A DNA stretch of 59,269 nucleotides from Patescibacteria group bacterium. GTDB lineage: Bacteria; Patescibacteriota; Patescibacteriia; UBA9934. Made by a program: the position numbers and the translations under genes. The stretch lies in NCBI GenBank assembly GCA_018062825.1, contig JAGORL010000003.1, positions 138,333-197,601 on the forward strand. The letters run 5' to 3'. A model generated the notes under the pieces. The model was given only the letters and a program-made list of their open reading frames with translations. It was not told the origin of the DNA and searched no databases. Shown in pieces: positions 23,668 through 33,224 of the stretch. Position 1 is the first letter of the stretch. Every line of letters begins with the position of its first letter.

Positions 23668-26153
23668 TGGATAATAATCTCAATCGATCGCAATCACCGT
23701 CATCTGGCTTTTCTCCAGATATGTTTGCGTCTTCAGATGAGATTTTGTATCCCCGCATTACTATTGGCGAGCCGCTCTTGCCTAGCCCGTACATTATTCG
23801 TTTATACAGAAAGACCGATGAGGCAGTTTTTCAAGCAATTCGTGATTTAGCTCAGCAACTTGAAGATCAGGATTTAATTGATGGTGAGGAGGAGGCTGAT
23901 TTAGCGGTTTTTGATCAGCATGGTTTAGCTATTCGTGCGGATGATGTTACTCATCAACTTCGTGATGAGCAGATGCGTGAAATTGCCCCAGTGCGAGCGG
24001 CGGTGATTGTTCCGCCACGCCAGATGGTTATTGAGCGGCAGGTTGAATACGTTTCTGCGCATCTCGTGCCGCCGGTTGAGGATGTTTATGATGCTATTTT
24101 AACGCGTTTGCATGAGGGTCCTAGCGTATCTTTGACTCAGTATCCGGTCCTTCCTGAAGCGACTCGTGTGCGTCATTCGTCGCCACTACGAGCAACGCTC
24201 GCTTTTTCGGCGCTGGCACTTCTTGTTGCGCTGCCTGTTCAGGGCTTTCAAGCGATTGCGCTTGCTCGGCAAGATGGGGAGGCGGTTCTTGATAAAGGCA
24301 AGGGAGCGCTTGATGCATTTTTACGTGGTGCTACTAGTGCGACCGGTCAGGAATTTGGTTCAGCGCAGGAGGATTTTCAAGGAGCAGCCTCGGCATTTTT
24401 GGAAGCCGAGCAAAGCCTCTCGCAACTTCAGGGTTCAGCGGCGGCGGTTGTAAAGGTCATTCCTCAGACAGATCGCACCGTTTCTACGGTTGAGGGGCTG
24501 GTTGCTGCCGGAGGATCGCTATCTGAAGCGGCGCGTATCATGAGTATGGCTGCGGAAGATATTTCGAGCGGCGCAAGTACAACAGCGGTCGATAAGATTG
24601 AGCTACTGGTGACGTATATTGAAAGCACATTACCTCATATTGAAGCTGCGGAGCGGTCTTTAGAGCGTGTTGACCTTACCGTTGTTCCCGCTGAGTACAG
24701 TGCTTCTGTCCAGGTATTGCGTGAACGCACACCGCAGGTTGCAACGGCGATGCGGGAGTTTATCGTTTTTTCAGACGCTCTTGTAACGATTCTTGGCGCT
24801 GACGCCAAGACGCGTTATTTATTTGCATTTCAAAATAACACGGAAATTCGTCCCACAGGTGGCTTTGTTGGAAGTTTTGCTGAGGTAGATATTCAAGATG
24901 GTGAGATTGTTCGTTTGCATGTGCCTCCTGGTGGCTCATATGCCGTGCAGGGGCAGTTGCAGGCTTTTGTAGCAGCTCCTGGGCCGCTCCAGCTCCTTTC
25001 GGCGCGTTGGGAGTTTCAGGATGCAAATTGGTTCCCAGATTTTCCAACGTCAGCTGAGAAGATGCTGTGGTTTTCAGGTGAGGCAGGTGGCCCAACTATG
25101 GATGGTGTCGTAGCGGTGAACGCTACATTTGTTGAGCGCATGTTGACTGTTTTGGGGCCGGTAGAGCTACCTGAGTACGGCATTACTCTTGATGGCGAGA
25201 ATTTTATTTGGGAAACGCGTCGTATTGTTGATGAAGCTAATGAAGACGGTGGCGACGCTCCCAAGGCGATTCTTTCATCGCTTGCGCCGATTCTTCTTGA
25301 ACGCATGAAAGATGCTGACATGCCCACACTTCTTGCTTCTCTAGACGTCGTTGGTACGGCATTAGAGCAGAAGGATTTACTTGTGTATTTTTCTGACAAT
25401 GAGGTGCAGTCACGCATGGAGCAGCTTGGTTGGACTGGTTCTATCAAGCAGACTGACGGCGACTATCTCATGGTTACTAATACTAACCTTGGTGGCGGTA
25501 AAACAGATACTGTTATCGATCAACGTGTAGACGTTGACGTGCGTATTGCAAGTGATGGATCTGTTGAGAACACCGTTACTATCACTAAGACTCACCGTGG
25601 CATGAAGTCAGCCCTTTTAACGGGCGTTAATAACGTTGATTATTTACGTTTATATGTTCCTCAGGGAAGTGAGCTTTTGGTAGCTGAGGGATTTGAGGTG
25701 CCACTTGATGAAGCTTTTGAAGTTCCTGAGTATCCGCTTGCTATTGATGAAGATCTAGCTCTTCACATGGGTAATCCTCGAAAGCATACTCAAAGTGGCA
25801 GCGATGTTTGGGATGAGCAAGGTAAAACGGTGTTTGGTAATTGGATGCAGACGGCGCCGGGGGAGGTGCAGGTGGTACGCTTTACATATAAGCTTCCGTT
25901 TACGGTTCTTACACCATCGACTGATCCGCAGTGGCTTACGCTTGCTAAGGATAGTCTTGGCGTACGTCAGGCTGATCGTTATACGCTTTTTGTACAGAAG
26001 CAGCCGGGCATTATTTCTCGTTCTACTGCTGTGCGGGTTTCGCTTCCGGAGACGGTGGCGCCTGTTTGGTCATCTCTTGGTGGCGAAACGATGACAACTG
26101 AGATTACTAATGACCGTGATCGTTTATTTGGTTGGTTATTTGAAGCCAAATAA
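23667..26153 (+). CDS. DUF4012-domain surface protein (about 828 aa), membrane-anchored
   Basis: FQNNTEIRPTGGFVGSFAEV...DANWFPDFPTSA is typical of DUF4012 (from memory). ATGA overlap with the GT4 gene. A TM helix lies near LAFSALALLVALPV. Confidence 0.65.
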   Translation: MDNNLNRSQSPSSGFSPDMFASSDEILYPRITIGEPLLPSPYIIRLYRKTDEAVFQAIRDLAQQLEDQDLIDGEEEADLAVFDQHGLAIRADDVTHQLRDEQMREIAPVRAAVIVPPRQMVIERQVEYVSAHLVPPVEDVYDAILTRLHEGPSVSLTQYPVLPEATRVRHSSPLRATLAFSALALLVALPVQGFQAIALARQDGEAVLDKGKGALDAFLRGATSATGQEFGSAQEDFQGAASAFLEAEQSLSQLQGSAAAVVKVIPQTDRTVSTVEGLVAAGGSLSEAARIMSMAAEDISSGASTTAVDKIELLVTYIESTLPHIEAAERSLERVDLTVVPAEYSASVQVLRERTPQVATAMREFIVFSDALVTILGADAKTRYLFAFQNNTEIRPTGGFVGSFAEVDIQDGEIVRLHVPPGGSYAVQGQLQAFVAAPGPLQLLSARWEFQDANWFPDFPTSAEKMLWFSGEAGGPTMDGVVAVNATFVERMLTVLGPVELPEYGITLDGENFIWETRRIVDEANEDGGDAPKAILSSLAPILLERMKDADMPTLLASLDVVGTALEQKDLLVYFSDNEVQSRMEQLGWTGSIKQTDGDYLMVTNTNLGGGKTDTVIDQRVDVDVRIASDGSVENTVTITKTHRGMKSALLTGVNNVDYLRLYVPQGSELLVAEGFEVPLDEAFEVPEYPLAIDEDLALHMGNPRKHTQSGSDVWDEQGKTVFGNWMQTAPGEVQVVRFTYKLPFTVLTPSTDPQWLTLAKDSLGVRQADRYTLFVQKQPGIISRSTAVRVSLPETVAPVWSSLGGETMTTEITNDRDRLFGWLFEAK

Positions 26154-26155
26154 CT

Positions 26156-28030
26156 ATGGCAGTTCATAAGTGGAAAAAACGTCATATAAAACAAGCTCCG
26201 CATGATAAGCGGATTGATGACGTTGATATTCAAGAACTAGCTGCCACGCGTGATGAAGAGATTAGTGAAGGATTGAAGGCGATTTATGGCGAAGAGACAG
26301 ACGATCTTCATACCGTAGAGCGAGGTGAGTCTCGTATTACCACATTTCTTGTTCGACTGGTCGGTTTGCTCGCGTTTCTTACAGTGTGTGTTGTTGGAGG
26401 ATTTTTTGCGTATTATCAATTTTCTCAGACTGGGGCTCCGGAAAGCGCACTTGAGCTACGAGTTGTAGCGGCGCCAGAGGTTCGTAGTGGTGAAGAGGTT
26501 TCCATTGCCGTTACTTATCGCAATGTCAGCGAGACGCCACTTGCTGACTTAACACTTGATATTAATTTGCCGCCAGGATTTTCTTTAACGAGTACAAGCC
26601 TGCAGCCAGCTGACCCTGAAGAGCTCATTTATCGTATTGGTGCACTTGGTCGCAAGTCTGATGCTGAGCTTGTGCTTACTGGCGTATGGCAGGCTAGCGT
26701 GCCCTCCCAGGGCTTGGTGCAGGCTGTTGCAACATATAGACCGGGTAACTTTAATGCTGATTTTTCTAAGATTGCTTCAGCGAGCGTTCAGACACTTTCT
26801 TCAACTGTACAGCTAACAGCCGAGGGGCCGGCACAAAGCACTCCTGGCTCTGAGGCAGTTTATATTTATCATGTTGAACAGATGGGAAGTGCAGTAAGTT
26901 CTTCAATGAAGTTACAGCTTGTGCTACCGGAAGGATATTTTGTAACCGGTACTGATCCGGTTTTGCCAACCGGTGAAGCGCTTGTCTTTGATGTGGCCCC
27001 GCTTGCACCAGGGGAGAAGCGCACGTATATGGTTGCCGGCGCTTACGGGAGCGATATTGAAGATATCCAAAAGGTGCAGGCTCAATTACTTTTACCTCTT
27101 CCTTCTGGTGATTTACCTCAGGGGGAGCTTGCTTATTTTACCGATGTTCAGGGGAGTGATTTACGCATGACGCTTGTTGCAAATGGTTCTTCAAGTACGG
27201 CGTCTGTTACTCCCGGTGGTATTTTGCGGCTTTCACTTCGGTTGGAGAATGTTGGTGATGAGCCATATTCCAATACCTCGCTCCTTCTTGATTTTCAGCC
27301 AGGATCGGGAATTCCGCTTGTTTGGAAAGAGGGTGTCTACGATGTTGGCAAAGTGACGGCGGCCGGTATTTTGTTTGATGCATCGGCTATAGGAATGCTT
27401 GCTCCTGGTATGCGCAAAGCGTATAACATCTCTATTCCTGTTAAAGCCGAACTTTTACCGACGGACTTAACGAATTTTACGGTATTTGCCGTAGCTGAAG
27501 CGGGTGGTGTGCGTGTGCAAACGGCGCCATTAACTCTTGGTGTTAATGCGAATGCGGCACTTGCCACGGAGGCACGTTATTATGCTACTGATGGCACGGT
27601 TGTTGGTGTTGGGCAGTTTCCACCGGTTGTTTCTGAGGAAACATCATACGAAGCTTCCTTTGTAATTTCTTATGCGCCGCATGCACTTGAGGACATTGTG
27701 GTATCTGCGCCACTTGCGCCGGGAGTTTTTTATGCGGGTGGCTGGTCGGCGGATAGCGGAGAGGTGGTGTATGACGAAGCGAATCGCGTTGTAAGATGGA
27801 CGATTCGGGAAACTGCTGATGATAGCGGTACGCTGCGAGCGCGATTTATGGTACGCGCCTTGTCTTCTGCGGCTGATGAGGGGGCGTACATGAAGCTTCT
27901 TGGTAATGCTACGCTACGGGCGACAGATTCGGTTACTAAGGCGCTTGTAGAGGGTGCAGCTGAAGCTGTGACCACTGAACTTCTTGCAGATAGTGTGGCA
28001 AATGGTCGAGGAGTTGTGCAAGGTGAATAA
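26156..28030 (+). CDS. Large membrane-anchored hypothetical surface protein (624 aa), probably beta-sandwich repeats
   Basis: N-terminal TM (LVGLLAFLTVCVVGGFFAYY). Repeated segments of the type 'V.Y.N.G..P...' suggest CARDB/DUF11-like folds. Starts 2 nt after the upstream stop. Confidence 0.55.
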   Translation: MAVHKWKKRHIKQAPHDKRIDDVDIQELAATRDEEISEGLKAIYGEETDDLHTVERGESRITTFLVRLVGLLAFLTVCVVGGFFAYYQFSQTGAPESALELRVVAAPEVRSGEEVSIAVTYRNVSETPLADLTLDINLPPGFSLTSTSLQPADPEELIYRIGALGRKSDAELVLTGVWQASVPSQGLVQAVATYRPGNFNADFSKIASASVQTLSSTVQLTAEGPAQSTPGSEAVYIYHVEQMGSAVSSSMKLQLVLPEGYFVTGTDPVLPTGEALVFDVAPLAPGEKRTYMVAGAYGSDIEDIQKVQAQLLLPLPSGDLPQGELAYFTDVQGSDLRMTLVANGSSSTASVTPGGILRLSLRLENVGDEPYSNTSLLLDFQPGSGIPLVWKEGVYDVGKVTAAGILFDASAIGMLAPGMRKAYNISIPVKAELLPTDLTNFTVFAVAEAGGVRVQTAPLTLGVNANAALATEARYYATDGTVVGVGQFPPVVSEETSYEASFVISYAPHALEDIVVSAPLAPGVFYAGGWSADSGEVVYDEANRVVRWTIRETADDSGTLRARFMVRALSSAADEGAYMKLLGNATLRATDSVTKALVEGAAEAVTTELLADSVANGRGVVQGE

Positions 28031-28031
28031 C

Positions 28032-28062
28032 AAAATCTCCCGCTAGCTTGCGGGAGATTTTT
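28032..28062. terminator. Bidirectional intrinsic terminator
   Basis: AAAATCTCCCGC-TAGCTT-GCGGGAGATTTTTT. It overlaps the last codons of the minus-strand GT4 gene. Confidence 0.7.
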
Positions 28063-29215
28063 TATTTGCATCCTCGATGGCGTTTTTGATTGCGATGAGT
28101 GTTTTTTCAGCGGTTTGTTCTTGTGTGAACTGGTGGGCTCGTTTTTTACCGGCCTCTTTAAGAGTACGTATGAGTTCATGGCCATCTTGTTCGTTATACA
28201 GCTCGTGGAGCGCCTGATTGATGTCAGAGACGTTCATCGGGTCAATGAGGATGCCTGCCTCAGCAATGACTTCAGCAACGGCTCCGGTGTAGCTTGCGAT
28301 AACAGGCGTGCCACAGGCCATTGCTTCAAGTGGTGGTAGGCCAAAGCCTTCGTAAAATGAGGGGAAGATAAAGGCGCTAGCTCCCCGGTAGAGCGCAGGT
28401 CGATGGGCGTCGGGCACGTATCCAAGCTTCACAATATCTTTAGCAAAAGGCGAAGCTTTGATTGCTTTAGCGATCGCTTTATTTTTCCAGCCAGCGGCGC
28501 CGGCTAGTACGAGTGGGGGAGCGATTGGTTTTTTGAGTCTAAATAGGTTGTATGCCTCAATAATGGCCAGGAAGTTTTTTCTTGGTTCTTGTGAGGCGAG
28601 AGCGAAGATATATGGTCGATTGAGGTCGTGAACAGCACGAACTCGCACATCTTCTTTTGAAGGAATTTCAGAGAATATTTTGTGATCGACGCTTAAGGGT
28701 GTTACCGATATTTTATTTCCAGGGATGCTCCAAAGTTCCGTGAGATCGCGTTTAGTGGCGTGAGAGACGCTTAATAGATGCGCGGCATTTCTTGCTAGAC
28801 GGCGAATATTTGCATACTTCATTTTTGCTGTTGCCTTAAACGTGAAAAACTCGGGAAATATTTCAAAAGAGAGGTCGTGTATGGTGAGAATGTATGGAGT
28901 TTTTACTCGTACAACGTCCCAGTTGGGTAGAAGCCAGGCGTCAGCTTTTTCTGGCAGGTAGTCGTCGATTGCTTTTAGCTTTAGGCTGAAAAGTAGCGAT
29001 AAGAGACGATTTGGAATTTTTGCCTCAACGATACGTACATTAGGTAGTGAGAAATGCGGCACCATGTTTCTTGTGGATTTTGTTCCGGCAACAAACAGTG
29101 TGAACATGCTTTCCGGATCCTGTTTTGCGAGAGCCTCAATAAGGGATCGGGTGTATTGCGGAATACCGGTCGTTTGTCCTCCTGTTAGACAGCGAATATC
29201 GATAGCAAGATGCAC
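28043..29215 (-). CDS. Glycosyltransferase family 4
   Basis: EGFGLPPLEAMACGTPVI motif; 390 aa. Confidence 0.8.
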   Translation of the reverse strand: MHLAIDIRCLTGGQTTGIPQYTRSLIEALAKQDPESMFTLFVAGTKSTRNMVPHFSLPNVRIVEAKIPNRLLSLLFSLKLKAIDDYLPEKADAWLLPNWDVVRVKTPYILTIHDLSFEIFPEFFTFKATAKMKYANIRRLARNAAHLLSVSHATKRDLTELWSIPGNKISVTPLSVDHKIFSEIPSKEDVRVRAVHDLNRPYIFALASQEPRKNFLAIIEAYNLFRLKKPIAPPLVLAGAAGWKNKAIAKAIKASPFAKDIVKLGYVPDAHRPALYRGASAFIFPSFYEGFGLPPLEAMACGTPVIASYTGAVAEVIAEAGILIDPMNVSDINQALHELYNEQDGHELIRTLKEAGKKRAHQFTQEQTAEKTLIAIKNAIEDANKKSPAS

Positions 29216-29219
29216 ACGT

Positions 29220-30335
29220 CTATTGTTCGAGCATTTTTTGATGCTCTTCGTACTTATTTTTTACGTATGTTTGCAGCTCTTTTTGAAAACGTGCTACCGA
29301 GAACTTTTCGGCATGCGTTTTTATCTGTGCTGGATCCCAGGTGGTTTGTTGGAGGGTTTCAATGGCTTGTGCGAGTGCGTCGGCGTTTTGATCGTTGAAA
29401 AAGATGCCGGTTTTATTTTCTACAACCGTTTCAAGCGCACCGCCACTACGAAAAGCGATAACTGGTCGACCGGCGGCCATTGACTCTACGGCGGTAATAC
29501 CAAAATCCTCTTCATGTGGGTGAAGGAAGGCGATGGCATTTTCGTAGAGCTTTGTACGCTCGGAGTCACTAACGCGACCTAGGAATTCAACAGTTGGTCC
29601 GGACATTTTCTTGAGTTCAGCTTCCATTGGACCGGTGCCAAAGATTTTTAATGGTATTTTTAGCTTGTTAGCCGCTTGAATGGCAAGATCAAAACGTTTG
29701 TAACTGACAAGACGGCCTCCGATCAAAAGATAGGCTTTTTCACCGGTTTGAATCTGGAATTTGTGTGTTTCAACGGGAGGGTAGATTACCGTACTGTTTT
29801 TTTGGTAATACTTCTTGATACGACGTTCAACGTTTTTTGAATTGGCAACAAAAAAATCTACACGTTGTGCGGCGTGCCAGTCCCATGAACGCAATCGACT
29901 TAAGAAGAGGGGAAGTAGCGCCTTTATGAAGTTAGGAAGGCGTAGTTCAGAAACGTAGGAGTGGGTATCTGACCAGAGGTAGCGTGTTGGGGTGTGGCAG
30001 TAGCAGATAGAAATCGCACTTTGTGCTGGAATGGCGCCTTTAGCAAAGGCGCTTGAGGAGGATAATACTACGTCAAAGTCGGAAAGATCGTAGCCCTCGG
30101 TTGCTGCTGGCATGAGGGGTAGAAGCCAACGCAAGAAACGTGGAGCGAAGGGAATTTTTTGGAGAAATGAGCTGACAACTGTGGCATCTTTAAAATCTGG
30201 ACCGATGGAGTTCTCATCGTATACCAAGGTAAAGATTGGTGCCTTTTCATATGCCTCGTGCATGGCTAAAAGAACGCGTTCTGCGCCGCCGTGTTGGACA
30301 AGATGATCATGGATGAGCGCGACACGCATATTCAC
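29220..30335 (-). CDS. Glycosyltransferase family 4
   Basis: EDFGITAVESMAAGRPVIA motif; 371 aa. Confidence 0.8.
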   Translation of the reverse strand: MNMRVALIHDHLVQHGGAERVLLAMHEAYEKAPIFTLVYDENSIGPDFKDATVVSSFLQKIPFAPRFLRWLLPLMPAATEGYDLSDFDVVLSSSSAFAKGAIPAQSAISICYCHTPTRYLWSDTHSYVSELRLPNFIKALLPLFLSRLRSWDWHAAQRVDFFVANSKNVERRIKKYYQKNSTVIYPPVETHKFQIQTGEKAYLLIGGRLVSYKRFDLAIQAANKLKIPLKIFGTGPMEAELKKMSGPTVEFLGRVSDSERTKLYENAIAFLHPHEEDFGITAVESMAAGRPVIAFRSGGALETVVENKTGIFFNDQNADALAQAIETLQQTTWDPAQIKTHAEKFSVARFQKELQTYVKNKYEEHQKMLEQ

Positions 30336-30353
30336 TGAATCGACAGGGGGTCT

Positions 30354-31775
30354 TTAGTAGGCTCCTTTACGTAAGAGTACCGCAATTGGGGTTTTTACGA
30401 GAATAATGAGGTCGAGCCAGGGGCTCCAGTTCTCAATATAGTGCATATCAAGCTTTACCTCATCTTCAAAGGCAAGATTAGCGCGCCCACTGATTTGTGC
30501 AAGCCCAGTAATCCCCGGTTTGATGGTGAGGACTCGACGTTCGTGTGGTTGGTACTTTGCTACCTCCTCAGGCAAATGTGGCCGAGGGCCCACAAGGCTC
30601 ATTGAGCCAATGAGGACAAGATAGAACTCCGGTAGCTCGTCAATGGAGTATTTTCGAATAAATTTACCGATACGAGTTACGCGCGGATCATCCTTGAGTT
30701 TAAAAAGCGGGGTTCCAGAGCGATCGTTGCCATGTTCTTCTATGAATTTTGGATCAAAGCGCTTTTGGTGGGCGTTTTTGATCATGGAGCGAAATTTGAA
30801 ATAGGAAAATGGTTTTCCTCCTTGGCCTACGCGTGTTACTGGTTGGCCGTCTGGAAGGGTACGGAAAAGTATTCCGCCTGGTTGCTCGATGAATAAGGCG
30901 ATTGCGGTAACGATTTGAATTGGTAAGGTAATGATAATGAGGACAAGCGAGATGATGATGTCAAAAGCGCGTTTGTAAATAGCACCCCAGCCATCAAGTG
31001 GGGTTTTGGGTACTTCAATGATCGGTCGGCCGCCGAAATTATGGACAATTGGTTTTAGCGTGCTACCGGGAAAGAGGTCTGGGGCATAGTAAAACGCAAT
31101 GTGTTCGGTGTCGGCGAACATTTTCATTTTTGCTACCTCAAATTTATCAGCGTGCGTATTGGCAAGAAAAATACCATCTAGCCCACGTGTTTTTTTGAGG
31201 TGTTGGAGTTTTTCAGCGGTTTCTTCGGTAAAGTGAGCTGTTTGTAAATGTACGCGATACCCCAGGGTTGGGTTTTGTAAAAACCATGTTGCAAGATCGT
31301 TGCCGATGTTTGTTTTGCCGATGATAACTACGTTGTTTACGTTGAGGCCAAAGGTTTTTAATAGGCGCTGACAGTAGCGAATACTTAAACGACCGGCAGT
31401 GATGTAGGCGATTGATAGGCCCCAAACTGCTAAGACGATAAAACGAGAATCAAAGAGCTCTCGGGAAAAGAAGGCGATCGCAAGGACGCAGGCGATGCCG
31501 GCAGAGTTTGCGAGGAAGATACGGGATAGTTCGGTTGCTACTTTTGGTGGACGCACTGAGTAAAGACCAGCGATTGCAAAGACACCCACGTATACGATGG
31601 CTAGACCAAGAACTATTGGTAAAAAATCTCCGAAAGGGAGGTTGAATTGCACAGGCTTTACGTTTGTTGAGAGCGGAGCAAAGCGAATGGCGTAGGCGGT
31701 AACAGCGGCAGCCACGAGGAGGAGATAGTCTAGCGGGACAAGAGCGCCCGTAAACATGAGATCGATTCGCTTCAT
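30354..31775 (-). CDS. Polyprenyl-phosphate sugar-phosphate transferase (WbaP/EpsB-type bacterial sugar transferase)
   Basis: Multi-TM N-terminus, then C-terminal KRAFDIIISL...KFRSM...DELP...GSMSLVGPRP, the bacterial sugar transferase signature. Confidence 0.8.
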   Translation of the reverse strand: MKRIDLMFTGALVPLDYLLLVAAAVTAYAIRFAPLSTNVKPVQFNLPFGDFLPIVLGLAIVYVGVFAIAGLYSVRPPKVATELSRIFLANSAGIACVLAIAFFSRELFDSRFIVLAVWGLSIAYITAGRLSIRYCQRLLKTFGLNVNNVVIIGKTNIGNDLATWFLQNPTLGYRVHLQTAHFTEETAEKLQHLKKTRGLDGIFLANTHADKFEVAKMKMFADTEHIAFYYAPDLFPGSTLKPIVHNFGGRPIIEVPKTPLDGWGAIYKRAFDIIISLVLIIITLPIQIVTAIALFIEQPGGILFRTLPDGQPVTRVGQGGKPFSYFKFRSMIKNAHQKRFDPKFIEEHGNDRSGTPLFKLKDDPRVTRIGKFIRKYSIDELPEFYLVLIGSMSLVGPRPHLPEEVAKYQPHERRVLTIKPGITGLAQISGRANLAFEDEVKLDMHYIENWSPWLDLIILVKTPIAVLLRKGAY

Positions 31776-31810
31776 ACTTTGCTGATTGTAGCACGATTGT
31801 TAGGGCGAGA

Positions 31811-31841
31811 AAATGAAAAACCCCGTAGAAACGGGGTTTTT
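31811..31841 (-). terminator. Intrinsic terminator of rnpB
   Basis: The minus strand reads AAAAACCCCGT-TTCT-ACGGGGTTTTTC. Confidence 0.8.
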
Positions 31842-31843
31842 CA

Positions 31844-32361
31844 GCAGGCGGTGCCGATAAGCCGAATTTTGTCTCACTTCTTATTGCGACGCAATGAGAA
31901 GTCAGGACGACCATCTCTCTTGTTCTTGTATTGCTACAAGACTTTAGCGAGCGACCGAATCTTGCTCTTGCACCAAAACGGGTTTGCCGCCACTGCATGT
32001 CACCATGCAGGGAGTGTGGTTGCACGCTAGTTACCTAGCGCACCTTCCGCACACGTTTCACTTTTCTTCACCTTGCTTACGCGAGGGTGAATAGTCTGTC
32101 TCTGTTGCGTACTACGTTACCGTTTCCAGTAGGCAGTACCCCGAAAATTCTTTCGTTTTCTCGAGACTTTCCCTAGGTTTGCCTCGAAAGTGAGGGATAG
32201 CTGCGTGCAGCCAATCCAATCCCTCACCACCGAAGGTATGCCTGGTCGCCGTTAGCGACGTTTTTTCTCATTGTGCCGTTGCCGACACACGGGTGTTCGG
32301 ACTTTCCTCACCTTTTCACCCTTTTTCAAGGATGGAGGGCGCGGTCGTCTGGCACGCCTGC
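31844..32361 (-). ncRNA. rnpB: RNase P RNA (bacterial type), unusually long at about 518 nt
   Basis: The minus strand contains GAGGAAAGTCCGAACAC (P4 5' strand) and GACAAAATTCGGCTTATCGG (P4 3' strand, ACAGAA..CGGCTTA-like). P1 pairs GCAGGCGTGCC with GGCACCGCCTGC. The -10 TGCTAATAT sits exactly 7 nt upstream of the 5' G. Confidence 0.85.
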
Positions 32362-32368
32362 GGGTTTT

Positions 32369-32400
32369 ATATTAGCAGAAAAAGAGGGGAAAGTAAAGAC
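32369..32400 (-). promoter_or_regulatory. rnpB promoter (TTTACT-17-(TGC)TAATAT)
   Basis: TAATAT at 32374-32369 (minus), TGC at 32377-32375, and a -35-like TTTACT 17 nt upstream. Confidence 0.65.
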
Positions 32401-32532
32401 AAACGCCCTAGTCCGAAGACGAGGGCGTCGAGTGTCACCCAGCAGTCGCACGAGGGCGTTGCTGGCACGTATATTTTGGCCGGGCGGCCAATGTGGAGGT
32501 AGTGATGTAGGAACAGTCGACCGGGCGGTCGA

Positions 32533-33012
32533 CTAGCTGATGGCGGCGCCGATGAAGCGCGCGAGCGCCTCGGTGCTGATCTGGTTCGTGATCTGGTCCT
32601 GGAGCTCGATGAACGCGTTGTTCACCGAGTCGCGCTTCGCTTCGCTCGACACACAGTAGAACATCACGCTGCGAGCGCGACGCACGAGCTGGCTCGCTTC
32701 GCTTGCGGAGAGCGTGTCGTGATTCGGGCACTCCTCGGGGTAGCAGAGGCGCGTGGCCTCGACGAGCATCTTGCCCTTCGGCAGGGCGTCGATGCCGTTG
32801 CGCTTCAGCGAGTCCGTGAGAACCTGGAACCGATCACGGTCCGCCTGACTGGTCAGGTTGTTGGCCGGGCTGTTCTTCTTGAACGCTTCCTGGGACTTGC
32901 GCGCGCGCTCCTGCTCTGCGAAGAGCATGGGCGGTTGCGACTTGCTCGTGCGGGCCGGGCGGCGTTCACGAGGCACGGGGGTGGCGGTGGGGGTGACAGA
33001 ACGGAGTTCCAA
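32533..33012 (-). CDS. Hypothetical protein (159 aa), G+C-rich orphan with basic disordered N-terminus
   Basis: TTG start with GAGGT 5 nt upstream and a GC3-biased frame. Promoter TTGCTA-16-(TGC)TATACT at 33061-33088. Confidence 0.55.
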   Translation of the reverse strand: MELRSVTPTATPVPRERRPARTSKSQPPMLFAEQERARKSQEAFKKNSPANNLTSQADRDRFQVLTDSLKRNGIDALPKGKMLVEATRLCYPEECPNHDTLSASEASQLVRRARSVMFYCVSSEAKRDSVNNAFIELQDQITNQISTEALARFIGAAIS

Positions 33013-33060
33013 GGTTGACCTCTGATTGGACGTGACGCACCCGGGAGTGGATGCGTACGA

Positions 33061-33088
33061 AGTATAGCAGAATGGCTTAAATTAGCAA
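33061..33088 (-). promoter_or_regulatory. Promoter TTGCTA-16-(TGC)TATACT
   Basis: The minus strand has TTGCTA (33088-33083) and TATACT (33066-33061). Confidence 0.6.
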
Positions 33089-33101
33089 GAAAAGGGGTTA
33101 G

Positions 33102-33153
33102 GGCCCACTTCATCCTAGCGGACTACGTTAGGACTGGAAAGTAGGAAGTAGGG
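33102..33153 (+). repeat. Dispersed intergenic repeat, degenerate copy C
   Basis: GGCCCACTTCATCCTAGCGGACTACGTTAGGACTGGAAAGTAGGAAGTAGGG aligns with copies A and B. Confidence 0.65.
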
Positions 33154-33196
33154 TGAAAAGAAGACCGCCCCAGTTCCGTGAGAGGAATGGGGCGGT
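33153..33196 (-). terminator. Intrinsic terminator after 33225..33884
   Basis: The minus strand reads ACCGCCCCA-loop-TGGGGCGGT then CTTCTTTTC. Confidence 0.65.
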
Positions 33197-33224
33197 GCGG
33201 GTGGTGCTGTCTTGAGGACGCTGT

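Noticed and set aside
31450-32536. ORFs 31450..32025 (-), 31779..32030 (+), 32273..32536 (+) and 32293..32502 (+)
   Set aside because: They overlap the RNase P RNA gene, its terminator or its promoter, and have no coding signal. 31450..32025 is also out of frame with the real sugar-transferase gene.
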